Positions 18,962-28,227 of a stretch of DNA of 64,000 nucleotides are shown here, in pieces (positions within the stretch are counted from its first letter, which is position 1; every line of letters begins with the position of its first letter). The stretch covers positions 192,219-256,218 of the forward strand of contig CAVVVC010000012.1 of the NCBI GenBank assembly GCA_963751595.1, written 5' to 3'. The notes beneath the pieces are model-generated. The model searched no databases. It was not told the origin of the DNA and worked only from the letters and a program-made list of their open reading frames with translations. Origin of the DNA: an uncultured Gammaproteobacteria bacterium. Lineage in GTDB: Bacteria; Pseudomonadota; Gammaproteobacteria; Pseudomonadales; JAHEGP01. Both the position numbers and the translations under genes were made by a program.

Positions 18962-19951
18962 GTGAGGGTGTACCGCGGGGTAAAGACAACTGCCAACCCG
19001 CTAACAGTCGTGCAGGGGTGGAGACACCTTTGTGCGGTGTCCCTGTGCCTTTTTACCGCCTCCACGATCAGCGCCCAGACCATCGACTGGCGCTCCGATA
19101 TGGATTCCCTGGAGCTGGAGTGGACAGGCAGCGGCGATCTCACCGCCACCAGCACCGGCTGCATTCGCTCACGCCGCAACGGCAGTCGCGCGGTCAGCTA
19201 CGGCATCATGGGCATTCAAAGCTTCGGGGGTGATTTTGTCGCCTCCCGGGGATCCGATTCCATGGTGTTGGAGCTGAATTTCGAGGGCATCGCCCTCACA
19301 GACGGGGGCTTTACCGGGACGGTATTTCCGGGTTCCACCAACTGCAACTCCGTGACCATGGACGTGCGGATCAGCGAGTCGCAGTTGCAGAACCTTCCCC
19401 AGGGGCGCTACACGACGGCGGGTATTGGCACCTACGGCAGGCTGATTATTTGCGCAACGCCGGCGAGCAGCACCAACTGCGATATTTCTCCCCGGGAGCC
19501 CTACGAGGATTCCGACATCGAGATTGCGGTGACGATCCCCGCTTACACCCGTCTTTTCAACGTCGGTGATTTCAAGCTCCCCGACTATGACGGCGTGGCC
19601 GCCACCGTCGAGCGGGACATGGCGTTCTGCGTAAAGAGTACGTCGAGCTCTGCCGGCTATCGCCTGACCGCGACCAGCGACACTCACCATGCCGGCCCCG
19701 ACGATTTCGCCATCAGCAACGGCGGCGAAACCCTTCCCTACACGCTCCTGTTTGCACCGTCGGCCAGTCCCGCTAGCGGCGACCCCCTCACCAGCGGCGT
19801 GCCGGTGGGGCCGTTTACCGGTTCGAGCCAGAATGAATGTGGCGGTGGCGATAACGCCTCGATGCGGGTGATCGTCGATGGGAACGCCATGCGGACGGCC
19901 TCGGCCGGAAACTACAGCGGCGTGATCACGATCAAGGTTGAGCCCAACTGA
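18962..19951 (+). CDS. secreted two-module protein; C-terminal module paralogous to the preceding gene
   Basis: 329-aa ORF. The start is ambiguous between GTG 18962, 18968 and 19010. Signal-like LCAVSLCLFTASTISA/QT. The C-terminal half (MAFCVKSTSSSAGY ... AGNYSGVITIKVEPN) aligns by eye with the 18301 protein. Confidence 0.5.
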   Translation: MRVYRGVKTTANPLTVVQGWRHLCAVSLCLFTASTISAQTIDWRSDMDSLELEWTGSGDLTATSTGCIRSRRNGSRAVSYGIMGIQSFGGDFVASRGSDSMVLELNFEGIALTDGGFTGTVFPGSTNCNSVTMDVRISESQLQNLPQGRYTTAGIGTYGRLIICATPASSTNCDISPREPYEDSDIEIAVTIPAYTRLFNVGDFKLPDYDGVAATVERDMAFCVKSTSSSAGYRLTATSDTHHAGPDDFAISNGGETLPYTLLFAPSASPASGDPLTSGVPVGPFTGSSQNECGGGDNASMRVIVDGNAMRTASAGNYSGVITIKVEPN

Positions 19952-19979
19952 CCAGACCAACCGCGCGCCGGTGCAGCAC

Positions 19980-20810
19980 CTAACCCAACTGGCCGCTGCT
20001 GATCACACGCTGCAGGTCCAATAGTGGCGCCTTGTTGACGCTGGACGTCTGCGGACGGTCGAGGGCCACTACCAGCAGCAGCACCGATGAGAACGCAAAC
20101 GCAACCGCCCATGGCGCCTGGGTGCGACCACCCCTGGCCAGGCCCGCATCGTAGCCGCTGAGGGCCATCGATAAAGCCGCAAGCACGTAGAGCGTGATCC
20201 AGAACACCATGGGCATACGCTGGTCAAACGCCTTGGTGACGCGCGACTGCTGAATATCGAACATGTCGTTGATCGCGGAAATAAACAAATTGGTGCCGGC
20301 GGTGGGCTGGGCCTGGTAGGCCGCCATGGCTTCGTCCCACAGCCGCGACTGGAAGCTCTGCAACTCGGCAAGTAACTCTTCCACGGTACGCTCAAACCTC
20401 GCCAGGCTTGCTACCTGCATCAAACCCGGTTGCTCGCTTTTTGCAACCGCCACCGCGGTGAGATCCAGGTATTCTGCGATCAATTGCCGAACCTTGTCCC
20501 GCTGAGCTTCTGGCAGCATGCCTGCTCGCAGGTAGGCGGTGCTGACGGCATTCGCCTCTTCCAGCACCAGCCCCTTGCGCTCATCCCAGCGACCGGTGGT
20601 TGAGCCAAAGGTGAAGGCCAGCATAAAGGCCAACAGGCCCAGGGTTGCGGCGACCGATCCCCCGGTGTGGGGTAAATCGCTCTTCTTGGTTCTTCTCGCA
20701 CGCCAACTGCCAATGCGAAACCCGGTTTCGATGGAAGCCACAACGAGCATTGCCGAGCCGACGAAAATCGCCCACAGTGGTATAAGATCCAGAAAAGTCG
20801 TTCGAAACAT
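19980..20810 (-). CDS. DUF4239-like membrane protein
   Basis: 276 aa. Two N-terminal and two C-terminal TM helices flank a helical soluble region (EEANAVSTAYLRAGMLPEAQRDKVRQLIAEYL), the architecture I associate with DUF4239. Confidence 0.5.
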   Translation of the reverse strand: MFRTTFLDLIPLWAIFVGSAMLVVASIETGFRIGSWRARRTKKSDLPHTGGSVAATLGLLAFMLAFTFGSTTGRWDERKGLVLEEANAVSTAYLRAGMLPEAQRDKVRQLIAEYLDLTAVAVAKSEQPGLMQVASLARFERTVEELLAELQSFQSRLWDEAMAAYQAQPTAGTNLFISAINDMFDIQQSRVTKAFDQRMPMVFWITLYVLAALSMALSGYDAGLARGGRTQAPWAVAFAFSSVLLLVVALDRPQTSSVNKAPLLDLQRVISSGQLG

Positions 20811-20967
20811 AAGTTCAGGCTACCAGCAAAGACAGTGGTTGAAATCCGAAGCCGCTATCATAGCAAAACGACGCACGGCAATTGACGTGTATTTGTGTCT
20901 CGGCATCGACACCAGGTCCGGGATCATGGCCCCCTCAGGGGGTCACGCAGGGCCACGGTAGACAGCA

Positions 20968-22926
20968 CTAGTCGGAGGGCTCGGTAGCTGCCAGCGCAGT
21001 GTGCAGCAGCCGTTGATACACCTCCTCTTTCAGGGTCGACGGGTTCTCCAGCCCCATGCGTTCCAGGTGTACCTTGAAACGCTGGTCACCCACGCTATCC
21101 CGCAGGGTGGCGCGGGCCAGTTTCAGCAGGTTGCGGGTTTGGGTTTTTTCTTTCAACCAGCCCAGTGCGGGCAGCAGGCGTTCCTCCACGTAAGTGAAAT
21201 CACTGCCAAAGGGCAGCATGGGAAACATTCCCTGTCTTTGATAGCCGTCGTAGACCGCCTGCAGCCGGGTAGGCGTGTTGTGGCGAAAAATCTCCGGAAT
21301 CTCGTAGTCGGCGCGAATCTTGCGGGCGGCAATCGCCTCATGGAGCAAATCATCCTGGAAGCGCGAATCGGCGACATTGAGCATCGCGGCAATGACATCG
21401 GCATCGCATTTACCGCGCAGGTCGGCGATGCCGTACTCGGTCACGACAATATCCCGCAGGTGCCGGGGAATGGTGTTGTGGCCGTAACTCATGAGGATGT
21501 TCGAACTGACATGTCCCTCGCGCTCACGGGTGCTGCGCAGCATTAGAATCGACCGGCCCCCCTCGAGTTCCTGGGCTTGGGAGACAAAGTTGTATTGGCC
21601 GCCGACGCCACTGATAACCAGACCTTCCTCCGTCATGTCCGAGGCCGCGGCGCCGAGCAGTGTCGCGGTGAAAATGGTGTTGACGAAACGCCCGTCGGTT
21701 CGCTGCAGGCGCTTGATTTCTTCCCCGCCGTAGAGGTGGTTGACAAAACTGATGCGGGTCATGTTGATGCTGGCGGCGAGTTCAGGCTCCATTTCCCGCA
21801 GGGCCTGGTAAAAATCCGCCGGCCCCAGGTAAAAGCCGCCATGCATGAGGATGCCACCCTCAAGGGTGTTTGGGTCGACCTCCCCGTTGTTGACCCGCCG
21901 CTGCACCTCGGGGTCGTCAAATACCCGCCGCTTGATGATCCCGGCCTGGATCAATTTGATGAAGCCGTTGATAAACATTTCGCTGCAACCGTACAGGCCC
22001 TTTTCGAAGACACCATCGCCGCCTTCGCGGTCGATCAGGCCGCCCCACTTATCGTGTACGCTCAGAGAATCCAGTAGCGCGCGATAGTGGTGGTTTTCCT
22101 GGTGACGGAGCAGGGTCGAGTAGACCAGGGCATCGCCCAGAGCACCAATGCCGATCTGCAGTGTCCCGCCGTCCTTGATCAGTGTGCTGGTGTTCAAACC
22201 GACAAAGTAGTCGGTCATCTCAACCGGCATATTCGGCGTGCTGAACAGGGTCTGGTGGCCGCGCTCATCGTCGATCAATATGTCGAGCAGGTCAGGCGAA
22301 AACTCCGCGTCGTTGATCATAAAGGGCAAATCCCGGTGCACCTGGGCGACCAGGAATATCTTCTCCCCCGCATTTTTGCGCTTATCCAGCATGGGGAGCA
22401 GGTCCAGGGTGAGTTCGGGGTTGCAGCTCAGGCTCAGGGATTGCTCATCCCCCTGTCCCCGGCTGGCCACCATCTGCGCCAGTACATTGATGCCGGTGGC
22501 ATTGAGGTCACGGGCTGCCAGCGTGTAGTTACTGGAGATATAGTTTTGCTGTGCAGTCTGATTGCGCAGCAGGGCGCCCGGTCGAAAATAAAACTCGTGC
22601 ACCTGAACGTTGCCGGGCAGCCTGTCAGTCGAAAGGTCTGTCAGGTATTCCAGCTCTTCATAGTCGCCGAAAACCCGCTCGGAGAATGGCTCAAGGAAGC
22701 GTTTCTCCAAGTCGGTGCCGGCTCTCGGGCGCCCCAGCGACAGCGCCGTGTAGATTGTCAGGGAAATGCCCGGGTCGGCCTTGGCCCGGCGGTAGAGGGC
22801 ATTGGCGAACTGGACTGGCTTGCCGAGGGCGAGGGGAAGGCCCAGGACGACATTGCCGTCGAGGGCTTCGAGGATATCTTCAACGGCTTTCTCTACCTGG
22901 CTGTAGCGTTGCGGTTTGGCAGTCAT
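20968..22926 (-). CDS. acetyl-CoA hydrolase/transferase family protein (long form)
   Basis: 652 aa. Motifs LQIGIGALGDA, SGVGGQYNFV and EYGIADLRGK are typical of the family. Confidence 0.85.
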   Translation of the reverse strand: MTAKPQRYSQVEKAVEDILEALDGNVVLGLPLALGKPVQFANALYRRAKADPGISLTIYTALSLGRPRAGTDLEKRFLEPFSERVFGDYEELEYLTDLSTDRLPGNVQVHEFYFRPGALLRNQTAQQNYISSNYTLAARDLNATGINVLAQMVASRGQGDEQSLSLSCNPELTLDLLPMLDKRKNAGEKIFLVAQVHRDLPFMINDAEFSPDLLDILIDDERGHQTLFSTPNMPVEMTDYFVGLNTSTLIKDGGTLQIGIGALGDALVYSTLLRHQENHHYRALLDSLSVHDKWGGLIDREGGDGVFEKGLYGCSEMFINGFIKLIQAGIIKRRVFDDPEVQRRVNNGEVDPNTLEGGILMHGGFYLGPADFYQALREMEPELAASINMTRISFVNHLYGGEEIKRLQRTDGRFVNTIFTATLLGAAASDMTEEGLVISGVGGQYNFVSQAQELEGGRSILMLRSTREREGHVSSNILMSYGHNTIPRHLRDIVVTEYGIADLRGKCDADVIAAMLNVADSRFQDDLLHEAIAARKIRADYEIPEIFRHNTPTRLQAVYDGYQRQGMFPMLPFGSDFTYVEERLLPALGWLKEKTQTRNLLKLARATLRDSVGDQRFKVHLERMGLENPSTLKEEVYQRLLHTALAATEPSD

Positions 22927-23073
22927 AGTGTCACCTCAGTTCTGGAATCGTTGGTCCTTTCGTATGGAGTGCGCCAGCGGCAGGTTCCCAAAGATACCGG
23001 CTGGGGCGCCAGCCGCGCGAAATGTCGATACCTGCATCGCATCTGAGCTGTCTTTACCCGTGTCATGCCGGGC

Positions 23074-24543
23074 TCATCCCTGTTCCCTGTCAGCATTGAT
23101 CATCAGCCGGCGATAGAATCGCAGCATTATCTCCAGGTTGTCCAGCGATAGTCGCTCATTGGTGCCATGGATTCCGGTGATGTCATCGAGGTTCAGAGCG
23201 CTGGGCATAAAGCGGAAGACTTCATCCGACACTGGGTGGTAATGCCGGGTATCGGTGGTGACCAGAACGAGGCGGGGTGTAACCAACAGGGAATCGTCGT
23301 GCCACGACTCTCGTGCTGTGCGCTGCAGCAATCGATAGCCAAATCCATCGAGGGGCGCCACCGGGGAAGGCTCAGTCCCCCTGCCCAGGGGTTTCGCTGT
23401 GGCGCCGGTACCGGCAACGGCCTGGCGCGCATGTTCCAGGGTGGAGGCCACCGACTCCCCCGGCATGATGCGGTAATTGACCACCGCACTGGCCTCGATG
23501 GGCAACACGTTTTCCTTGGGGCTTGCGCTGAGCATGGTGACTGCCGTGGTAGTGCGCAGGGAGGCATTCAGCGCCGGTTGCTGCTGCAGGTAGTCAACCA
23601 ACAGGGGTTTGAACAGCCAACTGTTACTGAGGACGAACCGTTGTTCCGGTGGCAGGAATGGCAGAATGCCGGCGAAGAAATCTGCGCTGTGCTCCAGCTT
23701 CACAGGGAGCTGCCTGTCCTCCAGCTGGGTAACCGCGGTCGCGATGCGCCCCGCCGCGGTGTGACTGGGTGGCATCGAGGAGTGTCCCCCCGCATCTCGG
23801 GCGGTGACCTTGACCGAGAGGTAGCCTTTTTCCGCATGGCCCAGTAATGCCACCGGTCGATCCAGTCCCGCTATCACCCCGGCTGCGGCGATGATGCTGC
23901 CTTCATCCAGCACCAGGCTGAAGCGCAGGCCCTGGCGTTGCAAATATTCACTGATTTTTTTTGCGCCCTGATGGCCACCCACCTCTTCATCGTGGCCGTA
24001 GGCAAAGTAGATCGAGCGGGCCGGCTGGTGGCCCTCGCGCAGTAGCTGCTCCACCGCTTCCAGTTGGGCGATGATCATGCCCTTGTCGTCGAGGGTGCCG
24101 CGACCCCAGACAAAACCCTCGGCAATGGCGCCGGCAAAAGGAGGATAGCTCCACTGGGACTCGGTTCCGGCAATCACCGGTACCGTGTCGTAGTGGCCCA
24201 AAAGCAGGATGGGCTTCAGCCCGGGGTTGCTGCCAGGCCAGTAATAGAGCAGGCCCAGGCTGTTGATTTTTTTGAGCTGCAATCGCTGGTGCAGCACCGG
24301 GTAGGTGTCGCGCAGGAAGCGCTGGAATGCCTCGAAACCGCTCTTTCCCCTGGCGCCCGACACTGTTTGAATGCGCACCGCACTGGAGAGGTTTCGGGCA
24401 ACCCGGCGCAGGTCACTGCCAGTATCGATAGCCACCGGGGCGATGTCGAGATAGGCGGGCCGGTCCCCCGCCATGGAGCGGTAGAAGAGTACCGCGACCA
24501 GCAGAAAACAAAGCACGGCAAAACTGAGAAAGAAGCGTTTCAT
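23074..24543 (-). CDS. M20/M25/M40 family metallopeptidase, membrane-anchored
   Basis: 489 aa. N-terminal anchor FFLSFAVLCFLLVAVLFY, then LLLGHYDTVPV, WGRGTLDDKG and GHDEEVGG. Confidence 0.85.
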   Translation of the reverse strand: MKRFFLSFAVLCFLLVAVLFYRSMAGDRPAYLDIAPVAIDTGSDLRRVARNLSSAVRIQTVSGARGKSGFEAFQRFLRDTYPVLHQRLQLKKINSLGLLYYWPGSNPGLKPILLLGHYDTVPVIAGTESQWSYPPFAGAIAEGFVWGRGTLDDKGMIIAQLEAVEQLLREGHQPARSIYFAYGHDEEVGGHQGAKKISEYLQRQGLRFSLVLDEGSIIAAAGVIAGLDRPVALLGHAEKGYLSVKVTARDAGGHSSMPPSHTAAGRIATAVTQLEDRQLPVKLEHSADFFAGILPFLPPEQRFVLSNSWLFKPLLVDYLQQQPALNASLRTTTAVTMLSASPKENVLPIEASAVVNYRIMPGESVASTLEHARQAVAGTGATAKPLGRGTEPSPVAPLDGFGYRLLQRTARESWHDDSLLVTPRLVLVTTDTRHYHPVSDEVFRFMPSALNLDDITGIHGTNERLSLDNLEIMLRFYRRLMINADREQG

Positions 24544-24669
24544 CGGTGGTGTGTAAACGTTGCTGTTATTTTGGGGGTGGTTAGTTTAAGGCAAGCCGGG
24601 CCAATAAGGTACTATGGCAGCAATCGAATCCCGTAAAGCCGGGATGCCGCCGCACGGGTTGGGGGTATC

Positions 24670-25650
24670 ATGCGATTTCTGCGTTGGACACTGGTCTTGA
24701 TTCTGTTGCTGGGTGCCTTGCTGGCGGCGGCCTATTACTACTATTTTTATGTTCCCCGGGCTACGCCCCCGCCGCTGGCCGGCAGCTACAGCCAGGGCAG
24801 GCTGATGACTGCGGCCGGGGTTCGCGAATTTTATTGGTACCAACCCCGGGAACTTCCCCGGGACGCGGCCCTGGTCGTGGTGTTACATGGCTCGGGCAGC
24901 AGCGGCGCCCAGGTGCGGGCCAGTGCCGGTTACGAATTCGATATCGAGGCTGACCGCCACGGGTTGCTGGTGGCGTACCCGGATGGCTACCAACAGCACT
25001 GGAACGACTGCCGCAAGGACGCTGACTATGCGGCCAATCGCGAAAACATCGATGACGTGGGATTCCTGCGCCAAATGATTCAGTGGTTTGTCAGCGAGCG
25101 TGGGGTTGACCCCCGGCGGGTGTTTGTCAGCGGTCATGCCAACGGCGGTCATATGGCGTTTCGGCTGGCACTGGAGGCGCCGGAGCTGGTGCGGGGCATC
25201 GCGCCCATCAGCGCCAACCTGCCGTCCCCGGAGAACATGGGTTGTTTCCAGAGCGGTGAGCCGGTGTCGGTCGCGATCTTCAATGGTACCGCGGATCCCA
25301 TCAATCCCTATGAGGGTGGGCTGGTCGAGGTGCTTGGCAATACCAGCCGGGGGGTCGTGCTATCGGCGCTGGAAACCGCAGAATACTGGAACCGGCTTGC
25401 CGGCATCAGCGGCTCAGCGGAAGTCACTCATTACCCCGAGCTTGACGGCAGGCCGGAAACTTCGGTTGTCATGAACAGGTGGCGCAGCGACGACGGGGTG
25501 CAGGTGCGTCTTTACACGCTTCAGGGCTCGGGTCATGGGGTGCCAGCAAGGCATGTGCGCCTGCCGCGCTTTCTCGGCACCGTAGCTGCCGATATCTCTG
25601 GGGCCGGCGAGATCGTGGACTTTTTCACATCGATAGAGCAGCTTGACTAA
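24670..25650 (+). CDS. PHB-depolymerase-family esterase (LpqC-like) homologue, membrane-anchored; nucleophile Ser position is Ala
   Basis: 326 aa. Anchor WTLVLILLLGALLAAAYYYYF. Family blocks VVVLHGSGSSG, LVAYPDGYQQHWNDCR and RVFVSGHANGGHMAFRLA. The usual G-x-S-x-G-G elbow reads G-H-A-N-G-G here (GCC at 25138-25140). Confidence 0.7.
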   Translation: MRFLRWTLVLILLLGALLAAAYYYYFYVPRATPPPLAGSYSQGRLMTAAGVREFYWYQPRELPRDAALVVVLHGSGSSGAQVRASAGYEFDIEADRHGLLVAYPDGYQQHWNDCRKDADYAANRENIDDVGFLRQMIQWFVSERGVDPRRVFVSGHANGGHMAFRLALEAPELVRGIAPISANLPSPENMGCFQSGEPVSVAIFNGTADPINPYEGGLVEVLGNTSRGVVLSALETAEYWNRLAGISGSAEVTHYPELDGRPETSVVMNRWRSDDGVQVRLYTLQGSGHGVPARHVRLPRFLGTVAADISGAGEIVDFFTSIEQLD

Positions 25651-25667
25651 CAACGGGGAGAAACAAG

Positions 25668-26018
25668 GTGAACCAGCACGAGACAATCAATTACATCGAA
25701 CTGCCGGCCACGGATATCGTCGTGGCGAAGCAATTTTTCAGCCAGGTTTTCGGTTGGGCCTTCAGCGACTTTGGTGATGACTACGCCGCTTTTTCCAACG
25801 CTGGCATCGCCGGTGGCTTCTATCGGTCCGAGCTGAAGGCTACCACCGCCGCCGGTAGCGTGTTGGTGGTTTTCTACAGTGCCGACCTGGAGGCGACCCG
25901 GGCAAAAATCGAGGCCCATGGTGGCACCGTGGTGCGTCCTGTCTTCACGTTCCCCGGAGGGCGGCGATTTCACTTCAGCGATCCCAACGGTAACGAGTAC
26001 GCCGTCTGGTCTGAGTAA
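25668..26018 (+). CDS. VOC (glyoxalase/bleomycin-resistance) family protein
   Basis: 116 aa, GTG start with GGGGAG upstream. INYIELPATDIVVAKQFFSQVFGW ... GGRRFHFSDPNGNEYAVWS. Confidence 0.8.
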   Translation: MNQHETINYIELPATDIVVAKQFFSQVFGWAFSDFGDDYAAFSNAGIAGGFYRSELKATTAAGSVLVVFYSADLEATRAKIEAHGGTVVRPVFTFPGGRRFHFSDPNGNEYAVWSE

Positions 26019-26069
26019 TTGCTGGCCTTTGACTGCAGCGCCGGCCTGAATGCCGCACCTGCAGGGCGG

Positions 26070-26114
26070 CCATCGCCCTGGGGGCCACCGCCCTGGGGGC
26101 CACCGCCCCGGGGC
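26070..26114. repeat. 15-bp tandem repeat, three copies (CCAYCGCCCTGGGGG-like)
   Basis: Read directly: ccatcgccctggggg / ccaccgccctggggg / ccaccgccccggggc. Lies in the spacer between convergent genes. Confidence 0.7.
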
Positions 26115-26148
26115 TCCGGCGTGATGTGCACGCAGCGCCAGATTCCTT

Positions 26149-26811
26149 TTATCCCATGCGCTGAATAAACTTGCCTACGATGATCGCGGTGATGATGCCC
26201 ATATACATCTGGCCGATGATGCCGCTGAAATACGCCAGCATCCTGGTCATCGACGCCACCGGCGTAATGTCGCCGTAGCCGATGGTGGTGAAGGTAATCA
26301 TCGTGAAATACAGGATATCGGTGTAGTCCATTTCACTGGCAGGTACGCTGAAGGCGCTGGGGTCAAACTCCAGCAGCAGCGCGAAACCAAATGAAATCAG
26401 AATGCCTATCATCAGGTAGGCGGCGACACAGCCCAGAATGACATTACTGTCGACGACGCGGCTTTTCAGCAGGAATTGCACGACTCCTTTGACGATATAA
26501 GTAAAGTACAACAGCATCAAAAACAGCGATAAAACCTTGATGGTCTCAGAGCCATAATAACTTCCAGCCCAACGTGACATGATGAAAACGGCTGCCAGCA
26601 CCAGGACGAGTTTGCGCAGCTTGTTCTGGCTGGACAGCGTGACCGCCGAAGTGATCACCACCAGACTGAGCAGCAGGTTCTCCACCAGGGCCTGGGCGGC
26701 ATCCCTGAACAGGTGTGTGCACACCATAAACGTGATCAACGCGAGAAACAGCAGGGGAAATCGCTGTGGCGACAGGCTCTCGGTCTCTTCTACCATAGCG
26801 CTTGGTCCCAT
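26149..26811 (-). CDS. potassium channel family protein (pore-loop channel)
   Basis: 220 aa with several TM helices and the selectivity-filter sequence FTTIGYGDITP. An alternative start is ATG 26796. Confidence 0.85.
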   Translation of the reverse strand: MGPSAMVEETESLSPQRFPLLFLALITFMVCTHLFRDAAQALVENLLLSLVVITSAVTLSSQNKLRKLVLVLAAVFIMSRWAGSYYGSETIKVLSLFLMLLYFTYIVKGVVQFLLKSRVVDSNVILGCVAAYLMIGILISFGFALLLEFDPSAFSVPASEMDYTDILYFTMITFTTIGYGDITPVASMTRMLAYFSGIIGQMYMGIITAIIVGKFIQRMG

Positions 26812-26945
26812 TCGGGCGGGTCGGTCAAGGCCGGCATGACGGGCTGTTCCGAAACGCTGGGGAACCAGGCCACAATGCGCCGAGCCCTGTGGTCGGGCTT
26901 GCAGGTTCGCCGTGTCTTCGCGGGGTGAAGCAAATCATCGGCCAC

Positions 26946-28118
26946 TTACAGAGCCTCCAGCGCGCCGCACTGGGCAGCACGAAACAGGGCCTCGAGATCG
27001 TCTGCACCCACCGGCCTGGCATTGGTCGGTGTGCAGGCATCTGCGAATGCCATGCGGCCGATTTCCTCGGCCCGCTGATCGTCAATGCCGATTTCGGCGA
27101 GGCTGTGGGGAATCCCCAGCGCCTGGCGCAGTTTCAGTACGGCGTCGATCATGCTGGCGCTGCCGGGCCTGGGGAGTTCCAGAACCCGGCACAGGTGGGC
27201 CATGCGCGGGGCGATGGCCTCGGCGTTCTGGCGCAGCCCGTAGGGCAGCAGTATGGCGTTGGCGAGCCCATGCTGGACGCTGTAAAGGGCCCCGAGCTGA
27301 TGGCTCACGGAGTGGATCGAGCCCAGCCCCTTCTGGAATGCCGTAGCACCCATCGAGGCCGCTACCTGCATCTGTCCCCGGGCTTCAAGGTTGCTGCCAT
27401 CGGCGTAGACGATTGGCAGGTAGCGAAAAATCATCCGTATCGCCTCGGTCGCTATACCGTCGGCCATGGGATGGAAGCCCGGTGCGCAGTAGGCCTCGAG
27501 GGCATGAACCAGGGCATCGATGCCGGTCCAGGCGGTGATATTGCGGGGAAGCTGCAGGCACAGTTCGGGGTCTGCAATCACGATGTCCGGCAGCATTTGC
27601 GGATGAAAGATAATCTTCTTGCTGTGGGCCTGCTGGTCCAGGATGACTGCCGCCCGTCCCACCTCGGACCCGGTGCCGGCGGTGGTGGGAATTGCGACGA
27701 TGGGGGCGATCGCACCGGGGTTCGCTCGCTGCCAGTTATCGCCCACGTCCTCGAAGTCCCAAAGCGGCCGGGTCTGGCCTGCCACCAGGGCGATGGTCTT
27801 GGCCGCGTCGATGGCTGAGCCGCCTCCGAAGGCGATGACCCCGTCGCATGCCTGCTGCCGGTAATAGCGGACGCCGGCCTGCACGTTGGCGCCGGTGGGG
27901 TTGCCCTGGACCTCACTGAACAGGCAATAGTCGAGGGCGTCGGCCTCCAGCCGGGCGCGGACGCGCTCAGTGATATCGAGTTTGACCAGGGCTTCGTCAG
28001 TGACCAGTAACGGTCGCTCCATACCCAATTGTCGACAGGCGCTGGCCACCGTTGCCACGCGGCCGTTGCCAAACCAGATCGTGGTGGGGTAGTTCCAATC
28101 GGTTGATGGCAGTGACAT
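26946..28118 (-). CDS. iron-containing (group III) alcohol dehydrogenase
   Basis: 390 aa. GGGSAIDAAK, PTTAGTGSE, and His-rich metal-site blocks (HALEAY, HSVSHQLG). Confidence 0.9.
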   Translation of the reverse strand: MSLPSTDWNYPTTIWFGNGRVATVASACRQLGMERPLLVTDEALVKLDITERVRARLEADALDYCLFSEVQGNPTGANVQAGVRYYRQQACDGVIAFGGGSAIDAAKTIALVAGQTRPLWDFEDVGDNWQRANPGAIAPIVAIPTTAGTGSEVGRAAVILDQQAHSKKIIFHPQMLPDIVIADPELCLQLPRNITAWTGIDALVHALEAYCAPGFHPMADGIATEAIRMIFRYLPIVYADGSNLEARGQMQVAASMGATAFQKGLGSIHSVSHQLGALYSVQHGLANAILLPYGLRQNAEAIAPRMAHLCRVLELPRPGSASMIDAVLKLRQALGIPHSLAEIGIDDQRAEEIGRMAFADACTPTNARPVGADDLEALFRAAQCGALEAL

Positions 28119-28196
28119 GGTGGATTCTTCCGTCCGTTGAGGTGGGTTCTAGATGAACCCGTTGCGGTTCAGCAGCTTGGTTTGCAGCCAGTGAGG

Positions 28197-28217
28197 CCAT
28201 GCCTCGAACAGGCATGG
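28197..28217 (-). other. intercistronic stem-loop (7-bp perfect stem CCATGCC/GGCATGG, 7-nt loop)
   Basis: Read directly. Lies between the GS-like gene's stop (28228) and the ADH start (28118). No U-tract follows, so it is not a canonical terminator. Confidence 0.3.
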
Positions 28218-28227
28218 GGTCGCCACG

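Noticed and set aside
22087-23046. 319-aa plus-strand ORF
   Set aside because: Antisense to the acetyl-CoA hydrolase/transferase gene; shadow frame.
26070-26114. possible CRISPR array
   Set aside because: Only three directly abutting 15-bp units with no spacers, and no cas genes anywhere in the window.
26802-27818. 338-aa plus-strand ORF
   Set aside because: Antisense to the Fe-ADH gene (GGGSAIDAAK and other motifs on the minus strand); shadow frame.
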